DNA of 44,668 bases, taken from positions 1 to 44,668 of the IMG/VR virus record IMGVR_UViG_3300049032_000040; one strand, 5' to 3'. The translations under genes were made by a program, and so were the position numbers. Of this stretch, positions 31,981 to 41,050 are shown in pieces (position 1 is the first letter of the stretch; the number at the start of each line of letters is the position of its first letter). The DNA is from a virus. The notes below the pieces were generated by a model, which was not told the origin of the DNA, searched no databases, and worked only from the letters and a program-made list of their open reading frames with translations.

Positions 31981-31998
31981 TGCGGTGCCCCTTCCGAC

Positions 31999-32352
31999 TT
32001 AGGCGTGTTCGTCTCGGGCGGCGTCGTACTCGAAATGCTGCTGCTCGCGGATGATGCCATTGCTCCAAAAGATCGTCTGGAACCAGCCGTGCTCGTTCAG
32101 CAGGTCGGCATGATCGAACCAATCGAGGGTGTCGATAGCGAGACCATCCGGGTGCGCCGAATCGTCCGGGTGGCGCGAGTAGACACCGACACCGTCCTGC
32201 CACTCCTGCCACAACTGGCCCTGGAAATCACGCGACAGTCCAGCGGCATCAACCGAGAGCGGACGCCCCAGTGCCGCATCGAGTCTTGCGACCGATGCGG
32301 CGGCGGGCGCGTCCAACCATCCGCGGTGATCGGTGAGTTCTACGGCTTCCAT
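31999..32352 (-). CDS. M15-family (LAS, VanY-like) peptidoglycan peptidase
   Basis: SAHPDGLAID fits SxHxxGxAxD, and there is a C-terminal EQQHFEY (ExxH). Confidence 0.7.
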   Translation of the reverse strand: MEAVELTDHRGWLDAPAAASVARLDAALGRPLSVDAAGLSRDFQGQLWQEWQDGVGVYSRHPDDSAHPDGLAIDTLDWFDHADLLNEHGWFQTIFWSNGIIREQQHFEYDAARDEHA

Positions 32353-32361
32353 CAGTTCCCC

Positions 32362-33519
32362 TTATCCGTACAGCGGGCGGTGTCGGTACGCAGGTTCGAC
32401 ACCACGAATTCCGTAGTAGTCATCGACGATGTTGTAGCTCGGGCGCGACCCGTTGTACTCCATGAGGGAGTCCGCCATTTCGTTCGGCCACAGCGCGCCA
32501 AGGATGTCGACGTACGCCCAAATCCGGTTCGTGTAGGCGCCGGATCGGTAGTAGGTCGTGCCCTCGTACTGTGGTTCGTCCGACGTGTTGAACCACAGCA
32601 CTTCGAACGTGGGGTTGCGGGTCCAGTAGACCTGCTGAAGAAACCACCCCTGCATGTTCGATCCATCTGGGGTGACATGATCGAACAGCCACTCACCGCT
32701 CAGGCGTGCATACTCGGCGGCAACGGTCATTCCTGCAAGGTGAGAGTTGCTGTACAGCAGCCCATATGCGCCGTTGCCCTGTCCTGGCCCCATCCGGTAG
32801 ATCTCATGGATCGGGATGTTGTACCGCACTTCGCCTTGCAGGTCGATGCCCGACTTGATCGACGAGTCGAACAGTTGCCGCCACCGAGTGCATGCGCGGA
32901 GGAGTCGTGGACGGTCGTCGAAGAACGGCGCGGCGATCATCTCCATGCCCAGACCCCACGCTGCCCAGTTGTTCGGGCGGGTGTAGGCGATCGGCTCGAA
33001 CGTGTCGAACGCCAGCTCGAGCACAGCCTTGAAGTTCGCTTCAACAGTCGGTGTGTATGCGACAGAACCGCGGACCATCATCGCGGCCTGAACGAACAGC
33101 GGCCAACCCTCAAACCACCGCAGGGTGCTTCCGGGGTTCGTGTCGAATGACGGGGTGAGCGAGTACTCGGAGAGGATCGCGACGACCTGTTCTGCGTCCG
33201 ACTCGTTGCCGTTGACAAGGTAACGCCATGCGTAGTCAACGCACGGCATCAGGTCCGCACGGAACAGTGCCAGTGCCTCAGTGGGGTCGCCCGTGTCGCC
33301 GTAGTTCTCCGGGAAATACCACACGTCAGCCGGTCGCATGATCGTGTGCGTTGCGGGACGAGACATCACAAGGTTCCACTTCGACTGCATGCGAGGCGTC
33401 ATGGTTCCGGTCGTGATCTTGTCCCGCAACGAATCGATCCGCGCGGGGTGAATCAGTGGCCCGCCGAACTTCTCCGGGTGAGACCTAGTGCGCGCATCTT
33501 CTGCGAGAAACAGTGTCAT
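32362..33519 (-). CDS. Polysaccharide-lyase-like (alginate lyase / heparinase-type alpha-toroid) protein
   Basis: RPNNWAAWG resembles the NNHSYW motif of PL5-type lyases, with W in place of H. W/Y-rich and helical. ATG at 33519 in an ATGA overlap. The family call is tentative. Confidence 0.4.
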   Translation of the reverse strand: MTLFLAEDARTRSHPEKFGGPLIHPARIDSLRDKITTGTMTPRMQSKWNLVMSRPATHTIMRPADVWYFPENYGDTGDPTEALALFRADLMPCVDYAWRYLVNGNESDAEQVVAILSEYSLTPSFDTNPGSTLRWFEGWPLFVQAAMMVRGSVAYTPTVEANFKAVLELAFDTFEPIAYTRPNNWAAWGLGMEMIAAPFFDDRPRLLRACTRWRQLFDSSIKSGIDLQGEVRYNIPIHEIYRMGPGQGNGAYGLLYSNSHLAGMTVAAEYARLSGEWLFDHVTPDGSNMQGWFLQQVYWTRNPTFEVLWFNTSDEPQYEGTTYYRSGAYTNRIWAYVDILGALWPNEMADSLMEYNGSRPSYNIVDDYYGIRGVEPAYRHRPLYG

Positions 33520-34478
33520 CGTCGCTCCCAACGCACCCCAAGCAGTAGCGCCGTCGAAAGGAACGTGTCTTCTGCATCGTCACCACCCAGTCGGGCGACG
33601 GTCAGACGAATCGTGTTCTCGTGGGTGCCGTCCAACGCCAGGGCATCAGTCGTCGGCGCCGCAATCACTGTGTTCTGTGCCGTCATGCCCGCCGTCACGT
33701 TCAGGACAGAACCCGCAGCATTCGTAGCCGCCCCGTCTTCCAGAACCGCCGCACGAAGGTTCCACCGCACACCACCAGAAGGCGAGGCGGTCGTTGTCGC
33801 ACACAGCACCGTGAAACCCACCGAGTACACACCACGGGGAATAGTCACCAGCGTTCCAACGACCTTGACATCGTTGTCAACGAAAGCCCAAGCGGGCGCC
33901 GAAGCAGTCGTATTGGCGGACGGGGAAAGTGAGGACATCGTTGGCGGTCTGTTGTCGACCGGGCCGAAGCGGTTCGCGCCAAGAGTCTCCTCGGACCGCG
34001 TCTCCGTGGCCTGCAAGACCGCAGAAGACGAATCCAGCAGCAACGCGATGAGCTGATGGAGGGTCAGAGTCGCGGGATCGTACCAGCGGTCATATACCGG
34101 GTCCATGAGGAGTCCCGGATCGACTGAACCAAGGAAGACGTTGCAGGCGCCGGGGACGCGTATCGGGTAGCCAGTTACCTCGTCGTACAGCCGGTAGACG
34201 ATGTACACAGCGTCAGCCGCCGCACGCGTCTCCGTGTCGGGCGAAGACAAGTACGTCGCGAACGCCGTATCATTCGCCACCGCGTTCGTACCAGGAAGGC
34301 CACGCGGCTGGAAGAAGTGGATGTACTGACCCTCATCGCCCGAAATGACCGGCGTGATATCCACCGTCTCATACGGGACAACCTCAGCGGTCGCAGCATC
34401 AAAAGTACCCGCCCGCCCCTTAGGACCAACCGGACCACGGATGTTCGCAAGCCATTCAGCATAAAGAGGAAGCGCCAT
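33516..34478 (-). CDS. Minor tail / receptor-binding candidate with a short collagen-like stretch
   Basis: N-terminal GPVGPKGRAGTF (G-X-Y x4). The C-terminal half is beta-rich. Lies in the tail-tip gene block. Confidence 0.55.
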   Translation of the reverse strand: MALPLYAEWLANIRGPVGPKGRAGTFDAATAEVVPYETVDITPVISGDEGQYIHFFQPRGLPGTNAVANDTAFATYLSSPDTETRAAADAVYIVYRLYDEVTGYPIRVPGACNVFLGSVDPGLLMDPVYDRWYDPATLTLHQLIALLLDSSSAVLQATETRSEETLGANRFGPVDNRPPTMSSLSPSANTTASAPAWAFVDNDVKVVGTLVTIPRGVYSVGFTVLCATTTASPSGGVRWNLRAAVLEDGAATNAAGSVLNVTAGMTAQNTVIAAPTTDALALDGTHENTIRLTVARLGGDDAEDTFLSTALLLGVRWERR

Positions 34479-34945
34479 CAGAAGTTCACCCCCACAGCGT
34501 AAGAACCAATGTCACCGGTCTCGGTGTCGAAATATGTGCCCGGTCTAGGTGACGCAGGCCACGGCGGACCAACAAAGAAACCGATCGCCGGCGCCTTACC
34601 CATGTCGCGGATCGGACCACCACCCGCAAACGCCGTGAACACCCAAATGTCGTTCCGCACAGGAGGATGGAACCCGTCAATGCCCTCCTCCTCGAACAAC
34701 GCCAGCTCGAGGACATACTTGACACCGATGCGCCCATCCGTGCCCGTCATCTCAGACGACGGGACAAGCCGCACCTCGAAGTAATCGGTCTCCGGGTCCA
34801 CGCTGATCGAACGCGGCTTACTGGAAATCAGACCAGCAGGCCCAAACGCCTCAACCTCAGGGCGAACAGTGAGCCGGGGACTCCACCGCGACAGGGGCTG
34901 ATACCCCAAAGCGTTCATGTTCCCGTAGTACAAAGCAGTCGACAT
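34478..34945 (-). CDS. Minor tail protein candidate (155 aa)
   Basis: Internal ATG at 34945. The upstream extension of the listed ORF runs through a terminator and promoter. Confidence 0.5.
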   Translation of the reverse strand: MSTALYYGNMNALGYQPLSRWSPRLTVRPEVEAFGPAGLISSKPRSISVDPETDYFEVRLVPSSEMTGTDGRIGVKYVLELALFEEEGIDGFHPPVRNDIWVFTAFAGGGPIRDMGKAPAIGFFVGPPWPASPRPGTYFDTETGDIGSYAVGVNF

Positions 34946-34959
34946 GCAAGCCCCTAACG

Positions 34960-34983
34960 AAAAAAGCGCCCCATGGGGACGCG
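34960..34983 (-). terminator. Hairpin plus T6 on the minus strand, inside the tail operon
   Basis: The minus strand reads GCGTCCCCATGGGGCGC followed by TTTTTT (34965..34960). It lies 15 nt upstream of the ATG at 34945. Confidence 0.5.
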
Positions 34984-34990
34984 AAAACTC

Positions 34991-35019
34991 TTGCGGTGTA
35001 CATACACGACGCGTACACT
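34991..35019 (+). promoter_or_regulatory. Promoter with palindromic operator (site F) driving a leaderless lipoprotein gene
   Basis: TTGCGG (34991..34996), a 17-nt spacer, TACACT (35014..35019), 6 nt, then the ATG at 35026. GGTGTACATACACG (34995..35008) lies in the spacer. Confidence 0.55.
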
Positions 35020-35025
35020 CAAACC

Positions 35026-35451
35026 ATGAACAAGAAGCCGGTAGCCGCACTCGCAGTACTGCTAGCACTCACCCTCACCGGGTGTGCATCGGCCACGGGG
35101 AACGCGGCAGAAGAGGTAACGGCACCAGTCGTCACCGAAACCGCGGCACCCGAAGAAACCCCGGCTCCGCTCGTAGCCGAAGAACCCGCAAACGAAGCAA
35201 GCGGCCCGGATGCCAAGTTCCTCGAGTACGTGCGCGGTGCGATCCTGCCCGAGACTCAGATCGGCAACGCAACCGACCAGCAACTCATCGACGCAGGACA
35301 CGAAGCCTGCCGACAGCTCGAAGCCGGAACCGCACTCGAAGACGTGCGCGTAGTAGAAGGTGAGATCGCCCACCCGTCGACCGGCGCCTACTACGACACC
35401 AGCGCGATCATGGGTGGGGCGATCCTCAACTACTGCCCCCAGTTTGCCTAG
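35026..35451 (+). CDS. DUF732-family lipoprotein, inverted within the tail operon
   Basis: Signal peptide plus lipobox MNKKPVAALAVLLALTLTGC. An A/E/P linker. C-terminal domain with FL.YV...DQQLIDAGHEAC...AILNYCPQF, the DUF732 pattern. Confidence 0.8.
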   Translation: MNKKPVAALAVLLALTLTGCASATGNAAEEVTAPVVTETAAPEETPAPLVAEEPANEASGPDAKFLEYVRGAILPETQIGNATDQQLIDAGHEACRQLEAGTALEDVRVVEGEIAHPSTGAYYDTSAIMGGAILNYCPQFA

Positions 35452-36155
35452 GTCAGGCGCTTCAACTCGCCAGACTCATAGACAACCGCGCCTACGAACC
35501 CGCCTGGGACCGTAGCAACCGATTTGGTGTCCATGCCGGATGCATACACATGCCCCGACGTCACCCGAACGGCACTGCCACCAACCTGAATCTTCGCCTC
35601 AGAATCGCTGACCTGTAGGACACCGTTGCCCTTGTAGACCTGGATTGTCGAACCATCCGTGAACACCTGAGCACCATTCGCAAACGCGATCGCACCACCC
35701 GAGATGTTCGGATCAATCGTCATCGAACCGACCGTGATCTTCCCGCCACCCGTAACAGTGAAATTACCCGTCATCGTCGTGTTGCCAGTCTGAGTCACGT
35801 TCCCCGCAATGTTCCCGGCACCATTCATATTCCACGGGCCGTTCTGCGTGAGTGTTCCCGTTGTGGTCACGTTACCGGTAATCGTCACATTGCCAGAGAT
35901 GGTTCCCGCACCCGACAGATTCCACGGACCCGACACCGTAAACGAACCCGTCACAGTCGACGTGCCATTCACCGACATCGTGCCATTCACGATCAGGTTG
36001 CCGCCACCATCAACACGAATCGTCCCACCGATAATACGAATCTGACCATTCGTGACCGACGCCGCCTCAAGCGGGTTGGCTCGCTCCTGACGCTGCAAAC
36101 GCTTCTCAATATCCTCGAGACGCGCCGCCAGCTTCCTATTCAGATCATCAGCCAT
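35448..36155 (-). CDS. Minor tail protein with an N-terminal coiled coil and beta-helical G/N/T repeats
   Basis: ATG at 36155 overlaps the upstream stop by 8 nt. Repeats such as NGTMSVNGTSTVTGSFTVSGPWNLSGAGTISGNVTITGNVTTTG. Confidence 0.6.
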   Translation of the reverse strand: MADDLNRKLAARLEDIEKRLQRQERANPLEAASVTNGQIRIIGGTIRVDGGGNLIVNGTMSVNGTSTVTGSFTVSGPWNLSGAGTISGNVTITGNVTTTGTLTQNGPWNMNGAGNIAGNVTQTGNTTMTGNFTVTGGGKITVGSMTIDPNISGGAIAFANGAQVFTDGSTIQVYKGNGVLQVSDSEAKIQVGGSAVRVTSGHVYASGMDTKSVATVPGGFVGAVVYESGELKRLT

Positions 36156-37242
36156 ACCTCTGCACCCCCGGCTTAACCACGTACCCCAAACCGCCCGACA
36201 ACGAGATGACCCGTTGGGGATGAGAACCGTCCTCGATGAAGTCACTACCGAACACATGCAGGTCATGGATCGCACCCGGTGTCGCCATCGCAGGACCGAC
36301 ACCACCGATGTACAGGCTGTAATCCCACTGCTCAACCGGCTCATGCTGACGCGCGAACGCTGTGTTCGTTGCTGCCTGCAACCGTGTCGGATCTATCACG
36401 TCCGGGAAAACGTCGTCGGAGTCCATCACCGGAAGATCACCGATGCCATCACCCGTCAACGGTGCGAACGTGCTAATCGCATCCTGACCCTGGCCCTTAC
36501 CAAAGCCGAGAAGCCCCGTGCGCTGTGCAACGTAGTCTTCCTCCGTGCTGAGATCCATGACGATCGAACCGGGTGCTCGAGCTGCAAGCAGGAAAGGTGT
36601 GCCGGATGCGATCTGAACAGCAACCCTCGCCTCATACCGCAGATACCCATTCGCATCCAGGTACGGGCGGAAGTCGATCTCAACCCCGTCATCCTCAACC
36701 TGCGACAACAGGTGCTCGGTGCGCAGTTTCTCCTCATGCCGCCATGCCGCGTTGAACGATCCTGACGAGTCCGCAGGAAGATCCAACGGCATCTCCCAGC
36801 CCGTCACAGCATTGCTCTTCGTCGCCGCGAGAAGGATCGACCGCACGGTTGCAGCACGCGACCGGTTGACAATGTTCAGGACACCCGACGCCGCGTTGTA
36901 CTCGTTCACACCGTGCGGGTAACGAACACCCAACAGTGCGCGACGCAACTCGTTCGACTGGATCGTGAGCATGGACGCCTTCTCGACAAACCGGCGATTC
37001 TGAATCACCCCCGCATACGCAACATGCGTACCCCAGCGGTGAGTGATCGAATACTTGTTACCCCGAGCCAGCTCACGGATCAGCGACTTCGGAAGCCCCG
37101 CACCATGCAGATTCAACGCATGTGATGCGGACCCCTTCGACCCCAACTCCCGCGACCACCGGGCACCCTGCAACGGGCCAGACGTCTTGAACCCGAACTC
37201 GGGGGAACCAGACCGTGTGTTATGAATCCACGCCTCCCACAT
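36148..37242 (-). CDS. Minor tail protein (tail-tip / Tal-like position)
   Basis: 364 aa directly after the Dit-like gene. Assignment is positional. Confidence 0.55.
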   Translation of the reverse strand: MWEAWIHNTRSGSPEFGFKTSGPLQGARWSRELGSKGSASHALNLHGAGLPKSLIRELARGNKYSITHRWGTHVAYAGVIQNRRFVEKASMLTIQSNELRRALLGVRYPHGVNEYNAASGVLNIVNRSRAATVRSILLAATKSNAVTGWEMPLDLPADSSGSFNAAWRHEEKLRTEHLLSQVEDDGVEIDFRPYLDANGYLRYEARVAVQIASGTPFLLAARAPGSIVMDLSTEEDYVAQRTGLLGFGKGQGQDAISTFAPLTGDGIGDLPVMDSDDVFPDVIDPTRLQAATNTAFARQHEPVEQWDYSLYIGGVGPAMATPGAIHDLHVFGSDFIEDGSHPQRVISLSGGLGYVVKPGVQRYG

Positions 37243-37250
37243 GTGAACCC

Positions 37251-38003
37251 CTAACTGAACGTATCCGGCACCTTCACCGACATCTGACCGGACCCCGAAA
37301 CAGGCGACAGCGTGAGAGTTGCCGGCGAACCAGGCTTGATCACGAACGTCTCCGCACGGGAAACCCCGCCCTGCTGCAACACGTTGTTCCGGTACAACCA
37401 GCCGTTATCAAAATCGAGCCGGTGAGTCTGCCCCGACGTGAGCGCCTGAGACACAATGAACTGAGCACCACCCGGACCCGCCACCGCGTACCCCAACGGC
37501 ATCGTGCCCGTCACCTCAATGACCGGGATCGCAGAAGCATTCCCGTAGTGGTGAACCGCCACCGAAGTGCCAGGACCGAACACGTTCGTCTCACCAAACA
37601 GGAAAGCGCCCGGCGCCTCCACGCGAACCTCATATGAGGCGATGGAACCAGGAACCAGAATTGTGGGGTCCGGGATGCGGACAGACTCAACATGCACCCA
37701 CAGGGTCTTGTCGCCCTGGGCAACGAGCTGATCCGTGATGTCAATACCAGCCGAACCAGTCAGCTTGCGAATCGCATGCTCCTGCTCGAACTCGGAATCG
37801 GTCAGGATCAACCCGCCCCAAGCAATAGCGCGCCCCGGCAGGAAACCGGGAGCGGGGAACCGACCGTGAGCATTCTCACGATCCACCCGCTCCCGGTCGA
37901 CCTCGGCGCCCGAGAACCCCGTAATCCATGCGAGCGTGTACGGAGTGCCACCCTGCGCGCCACCCTCGAAGGTCATTCCGCGCCAACGCAACTGTCGCAT
38001 CAT
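37251..38003 (-). CDS. Distal tail protein (Dit-like)
   Basis: 250 aa immediately downstream of the tape measure gene (ATGA overlap). Size and position are typical. Confidence 0.6.
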   Translation of the reverse strand: MMRQLRWRGMTFEGGAQGGTPYTLAWITGFSGAEVDRERVDRENAHGRFPAPGFLPGRAIAWGGLILTDSEFEQEHAIRKLTGSAGIDITDQLVAQGDKTLWVHVESVRIPDPTILVPGSIASYEVRVEAPGAFLFGETNVFGPGTSVAVHHYGNASAIPVIEVTGTMPLGYAVAGPGGAQFIVSQALTSGQTHRLDFDNGWLYRNNVLQQGGVSRAETFVIKPGSPATLTLSPVSGSGQMSVKVPDTFS

Positions 38004-40777
38004 GCCCCCCTCAGACCAGAACCCAAAGCATCATTCGACTGCTCAACACGAACATCGACATAATCAAGCAGGTTGATGCCGCCCTTTGACTGCACGGTCA
38101 CATTGATCGGCGGAAGCGCGGCAGGAGCCTGAGCCGACTGGCCCTGACCGAACATGCCCAACTCCTGACCCGTCCGCACCCAGACGGCCTCAGACCGTCC
38201 CTTACGTGCAGGATCAAGGCTGATGTATGCCTCGTCGTACTCCTCAGCGAACTTGTGAATGCCGCCCTGCGCATACGGGTAGATGCCAGGCTCGAACCCG
38301 CCACCAGCAAAGGCCTTCACGCCACCGGCCACGTACCCGCCTTCAGCGAACGTAATGCCGCCACCGCCTCCCTCTCCCTGAGCCACACGAGACGTGCCAA
38401 TCTTGAGAATGATCTCGCGACCAGTGTTCTTACTGATGTATGAGTCAATCTCCTGTTGCGCGGAAGCAGTCTCGGCAAGAACCTGGATGGTCTTAGCGTC
38501 AGGCATACCCAGTAGGGTGTCTCGAAGCGTGGCCGCCTCTTCCTCGCTCGCTCCCATTTGGATCGCAGAGTCGTATAGCTTCTGGCGCTGCGCCTCAAGA
38601 GTCGCAGTAAACGCCGCAGTATCACCGTCAAGAGCGAGTTGGGCAGAAGCTGCGTCCCACGCATCCTCGGACAAGCCAACCAGCATCTCCTTGTTGGCAG
38701 CGCCGGCCTCAGTCGAGATATCCAACCCCCGAGCAAAACCCTCCACGCCATCATTGATGTTGCGTATCTGCTCATCAACCGCCCGCAGCGTCTCCTGGTA
38801 GTCGATGTTGGAGGTCACCGCGTCACGGTTCATGCCGTTCGCCTTGTCGATCGCCTCTATGAGATCCATGAACTGCGACTCGAGTTCCGCGACCGCATCA
38901 GCCTGCTCCATGTAGGAATCGGCGGCCGAAACAGCAACAGCGTCACCGTCACCCATTGCCAGGTTGAGGATCGTCTGCTCATCCGCAGTCTCGCCCGCAG
39001 CAGTCGCCTGCTCCGTCAATGCCTTCTTAAACGGCTCCATCTTGTCGAGCAGCGTCAACATCTGCTCATCCGTCAAACCAGCATCCTCGGCAAGCAACCG
39101 GAACGCCTTCTGAGCGGCAGGCAGATCCGAGCCAGCAAGCTCACCCAGTTCGCCGCCGAGCTTCATCACAGCCTCGCCAGCCGCAACAACCCCAGTCATG
39201 TCCTTTGCCGCAGCCTGGGCGCCACTCTTCGAGAGATCCAGCATCTTCGCGAGGCCACCAACCGCGTTTTCCGCGATCTTGATGTCCTGCGACGAACCGA
39301 ACCCCTTACCAAGAGCAGCGTTCAGAACCTCAGCCGACGTGGAAGCAGAAGCCAGCTTGTTGTCAGTCACTTCAGCGCTGTCGCCCATGTTCTCCATCGC
39401 CTGACGCAACAGATCCAGACCCGCAGCAGCAGCCGCGAAACCAACAACGAACCCGCCACCCAGCTTTGCAAACTTACCCAGCTTGCCCAGAACCTTGTCA
39501 CCGTCGAAGCCGAGACCAATCAATGCCTCCCGCAGATCATTGACCTTCGGAATGGCGAGCAAGATGCCGCCGCCAGCCAGGCCAGCGCCAGCACCAGCAG
39601 CAGCAAGACCGAGTCCCAGGTTCTGCGCCCAGTCCGGCAGACCGTTGAACCCATCCACAAGGGCGGTGAGCTGCTGCACGAAGAACCGAAGCGGCCCGTC
39701 AGCACCCTCACCCATCGAAATGAACGCGGTGTCCAGGGCGCCCGTGAATGCCTCCCAGTCGCCGATCAGGTTATCGAGACGCGTTGCCGCAGTCTCAGCC
39801 GCATACCCCGAATCGTTTACCTTGTCGGTCCACTCCGCGATGCCAGTAGCACCCTCCGAGTAGAGAACAGTCGCGGCGCGAACAGCATCCGAACCGAACA
39901 TGATCTCGAGCGACGCGTTGCGCTGCTCATCCGTCAGACCGGACATCTGAGTCTTGAGCTGACCGGCAAATGCCTCAAGGCCAATGAAGTTTCCGCCCGC
40001 GTCATACGCCGAGATACCCAGGCGCTCCATCTCATCCGCAGCCTTCGCAGAGTTCGGCGTCAGGGCACCCAGCATCGTCTTGAACGACGTGCCCGCATCC
40101 GACCCGAGAAGACCCTGAGACGCAAATGCCGACAGCGCCGCGGTCGTCTCCTCGATCGAAAGCCCCGTCGAGTTCGCAACCAGAGCCGTCTGATTCAGTG
40201 CGGCAGACAGGTCAGTGACATCACCCATCGCCTTGCCCGCACCAGCAGCCAGAAGGTCAGCCACATGCGACATGTCCGAACCCTCAAGGTTGAACGTCTG
40301 AATAGCCGTAGCCGCAATGCCCGCAGCATCCGCAACCTCAAGACCACCAGCCGCAGCAAGATCAAGGGCACCAGTCAGACCGCCACCAAGAATGTCCTTC
40401 GCCGAGAGACCCGCCTTAGCCATCTCCTCGATAGCATTCGCGGCCTCAGTCGCAGAGAACACCGTCGCAGCACCAGCATCAAGCGCCGCCTGACGCAACG
40501 CATCCATGTTCGCGCGAGCATCCTCGCCAGTAGCCGCAACAAACGACATCGCCTGATCGAACTCAGCGAATTTCGCAATCGCCACACCAACACCGGCAGC
40601 AAGAGCAGCACCCATCGCCACACCAGCAGTACCCAGCAACTGCATCGACTGACGCGTCTGAGCCAACTTCTCAGCCTGCGTGCCAACCTTCCGAGTCTCC
40701 TCAGCGGCCTCACGCATGCCCTTCTTGAAGTCCTCGACAACAGCAGACAGTCGAACCTTGACAACACGATCAGCCAA
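38000..40777 (-). CDS. Tape measure protein (925 aa from TTG 40777; the listed ATG 40912 is less likely)
   Basis: Long A/G/L/E-rich helical protein with G-rich membrane-like segments, lying after the G/T chaperones. The TTG at 40777 follows GGGGGTGTGAG. The segment 40778..40912 contains a hairpin and translates to an implausible Cys-rich peptide. Confidence 0.85.
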   Translation of the reverse strand: MADRVVKVRLSAVVEDFKKGMREAAEETRKVGTQAEKLAQTRQSMQLLGTAGVAMGAALAAGVGVAIAKFAEFDQAMSFVAATGEDARANMDALRQAALDAGAATVFSATEAANAIEEMAKAGLSAKDILGGGLTGALDLAAAGGLEVADAAGIAATAIQTFNLEGSDMSHVADLLAAGAGKAMGDVTDLSAALNQTALVANSTGLSIEETTAALSAFASQGLLGSDAGTSFKTMLGALTPNSAKAADEMERLGISAYDAGGNFIGLEAFAGQLKTQMSGLTDEQRNASLEIMFGSDAVRAATVLYSEGATGIAEWTDKVNDSGYAAETAATRLDNLIGDWEAFTGALDTAFISMGEGADGPLRFFVQQLTALVDGFNGLPDWAQNLGLGLAAAGAGAGLAGGGILLAIPKVNDLREALIGLGFDGDKVLGKLGKFAKLGGGFVVGFAAAAAGLDLLRQAMENMGDSAEVTDNKLASASTSAEVLNAALGKGFGSSQDIKIAENAVGGLAKMLDLSKSGAQAAAKDMTGVVAAGEAVMKLGGELGELAGSDLPAAQKAFRLLAEDAGLTDEQMLTLLDKMEPFKKALTEQATAAGETADEQTILNLAMGDGDAVAVSAADSYMEQADAVAELESQFMDLIEAIDKANGMNRDAVTSNIDYQETLRAVDEQIRNINDGVEGFARGLDISTEAGAANKEMLVGLSEDAWDAASAQLALDGDTAAFTATLEAQRQKLYDSAIQMGASEEEAATLRDTLLGMPDAKTIQVLAETASAQQEIDSYISKNTGREIILKIGTSRVAQGEGGGGGITFAEGGYVAGGVKAFAGGGFEPGIYPYAQGGIHKFAEEYDEAYISLDPARKGRSEAVWVRTGQELGMFGQGQSAQAPAALPPINVTVQSKGGINLLDYVDVRVEQSNDALGSGLRGA

Positions 40778-40819
40778 CTCACACCCCCAGGGACACGAAA
40801 AGCCCCTACGCTGAGGGGC

Positions 40820-41050
40820 ATGAACTGGTCCCGAGCCCTCGTAGTCGCAGCAGTAATCTGCGCGACCGTGGCAATCGGAACCTGGGGCATCTACGCCCTG
40901 ATGGGTGAACAACTAGACGAAGGAGCAGCAGTAACCGCACTCATAGCCGCAATGCTCGCGCTCGTCCTAGGTGGCGCCGCTCTAGTCAGCCGCGCCGTGC
41001 GACCTTCCACATCAACGCGTTCATCGAAGCCTTCGGGTTCTGCTTCTTGA
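40820..41050 (+). CDS. Candidate antisense small two-TM protein (76 aa)
   Basis: MNWSRALVVAAVICATVAIGTWGIYALMGEQLDEGAAVTALIAAMLALVLGGAALVS... lies in the gap between the chaperone and tape measure genes. It overlaps the chaperone 3' end by 65 nt in antisense. It could be a chance ORF. Confidence 0.2.
   Translation: MNWSRALVVAAVICATVAIGTWGIYALMGEQLDEGAAVTALIAAMLALVLGGAALVSRAVRPSTSTRSSKPSGSAS

Noticed and set aside
40778-40912. Tape measure start at the listed ATG 40912
   Set aside because: The extra 45 codons translate to a Cys/Gly/His-rich peptide unlike the rest of the protein, and they contain a GC hairpin plus T-tract. TTG 40777 has a G-rich SD. The longer form cannot be excluded without proteomics.
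38639-41050. 803-aa plus-strand ORF antisense to the tape measure gene
   Set aside because: It is a typical high-GC shadow ORF. The translation is R/S/L/T/H-rich low complexity with no domain-like segments, and it lies opposite a convincing tape measure gene. Only its last 76 codons (a two-TM peptide) were kept, as a low-confidence candidate.
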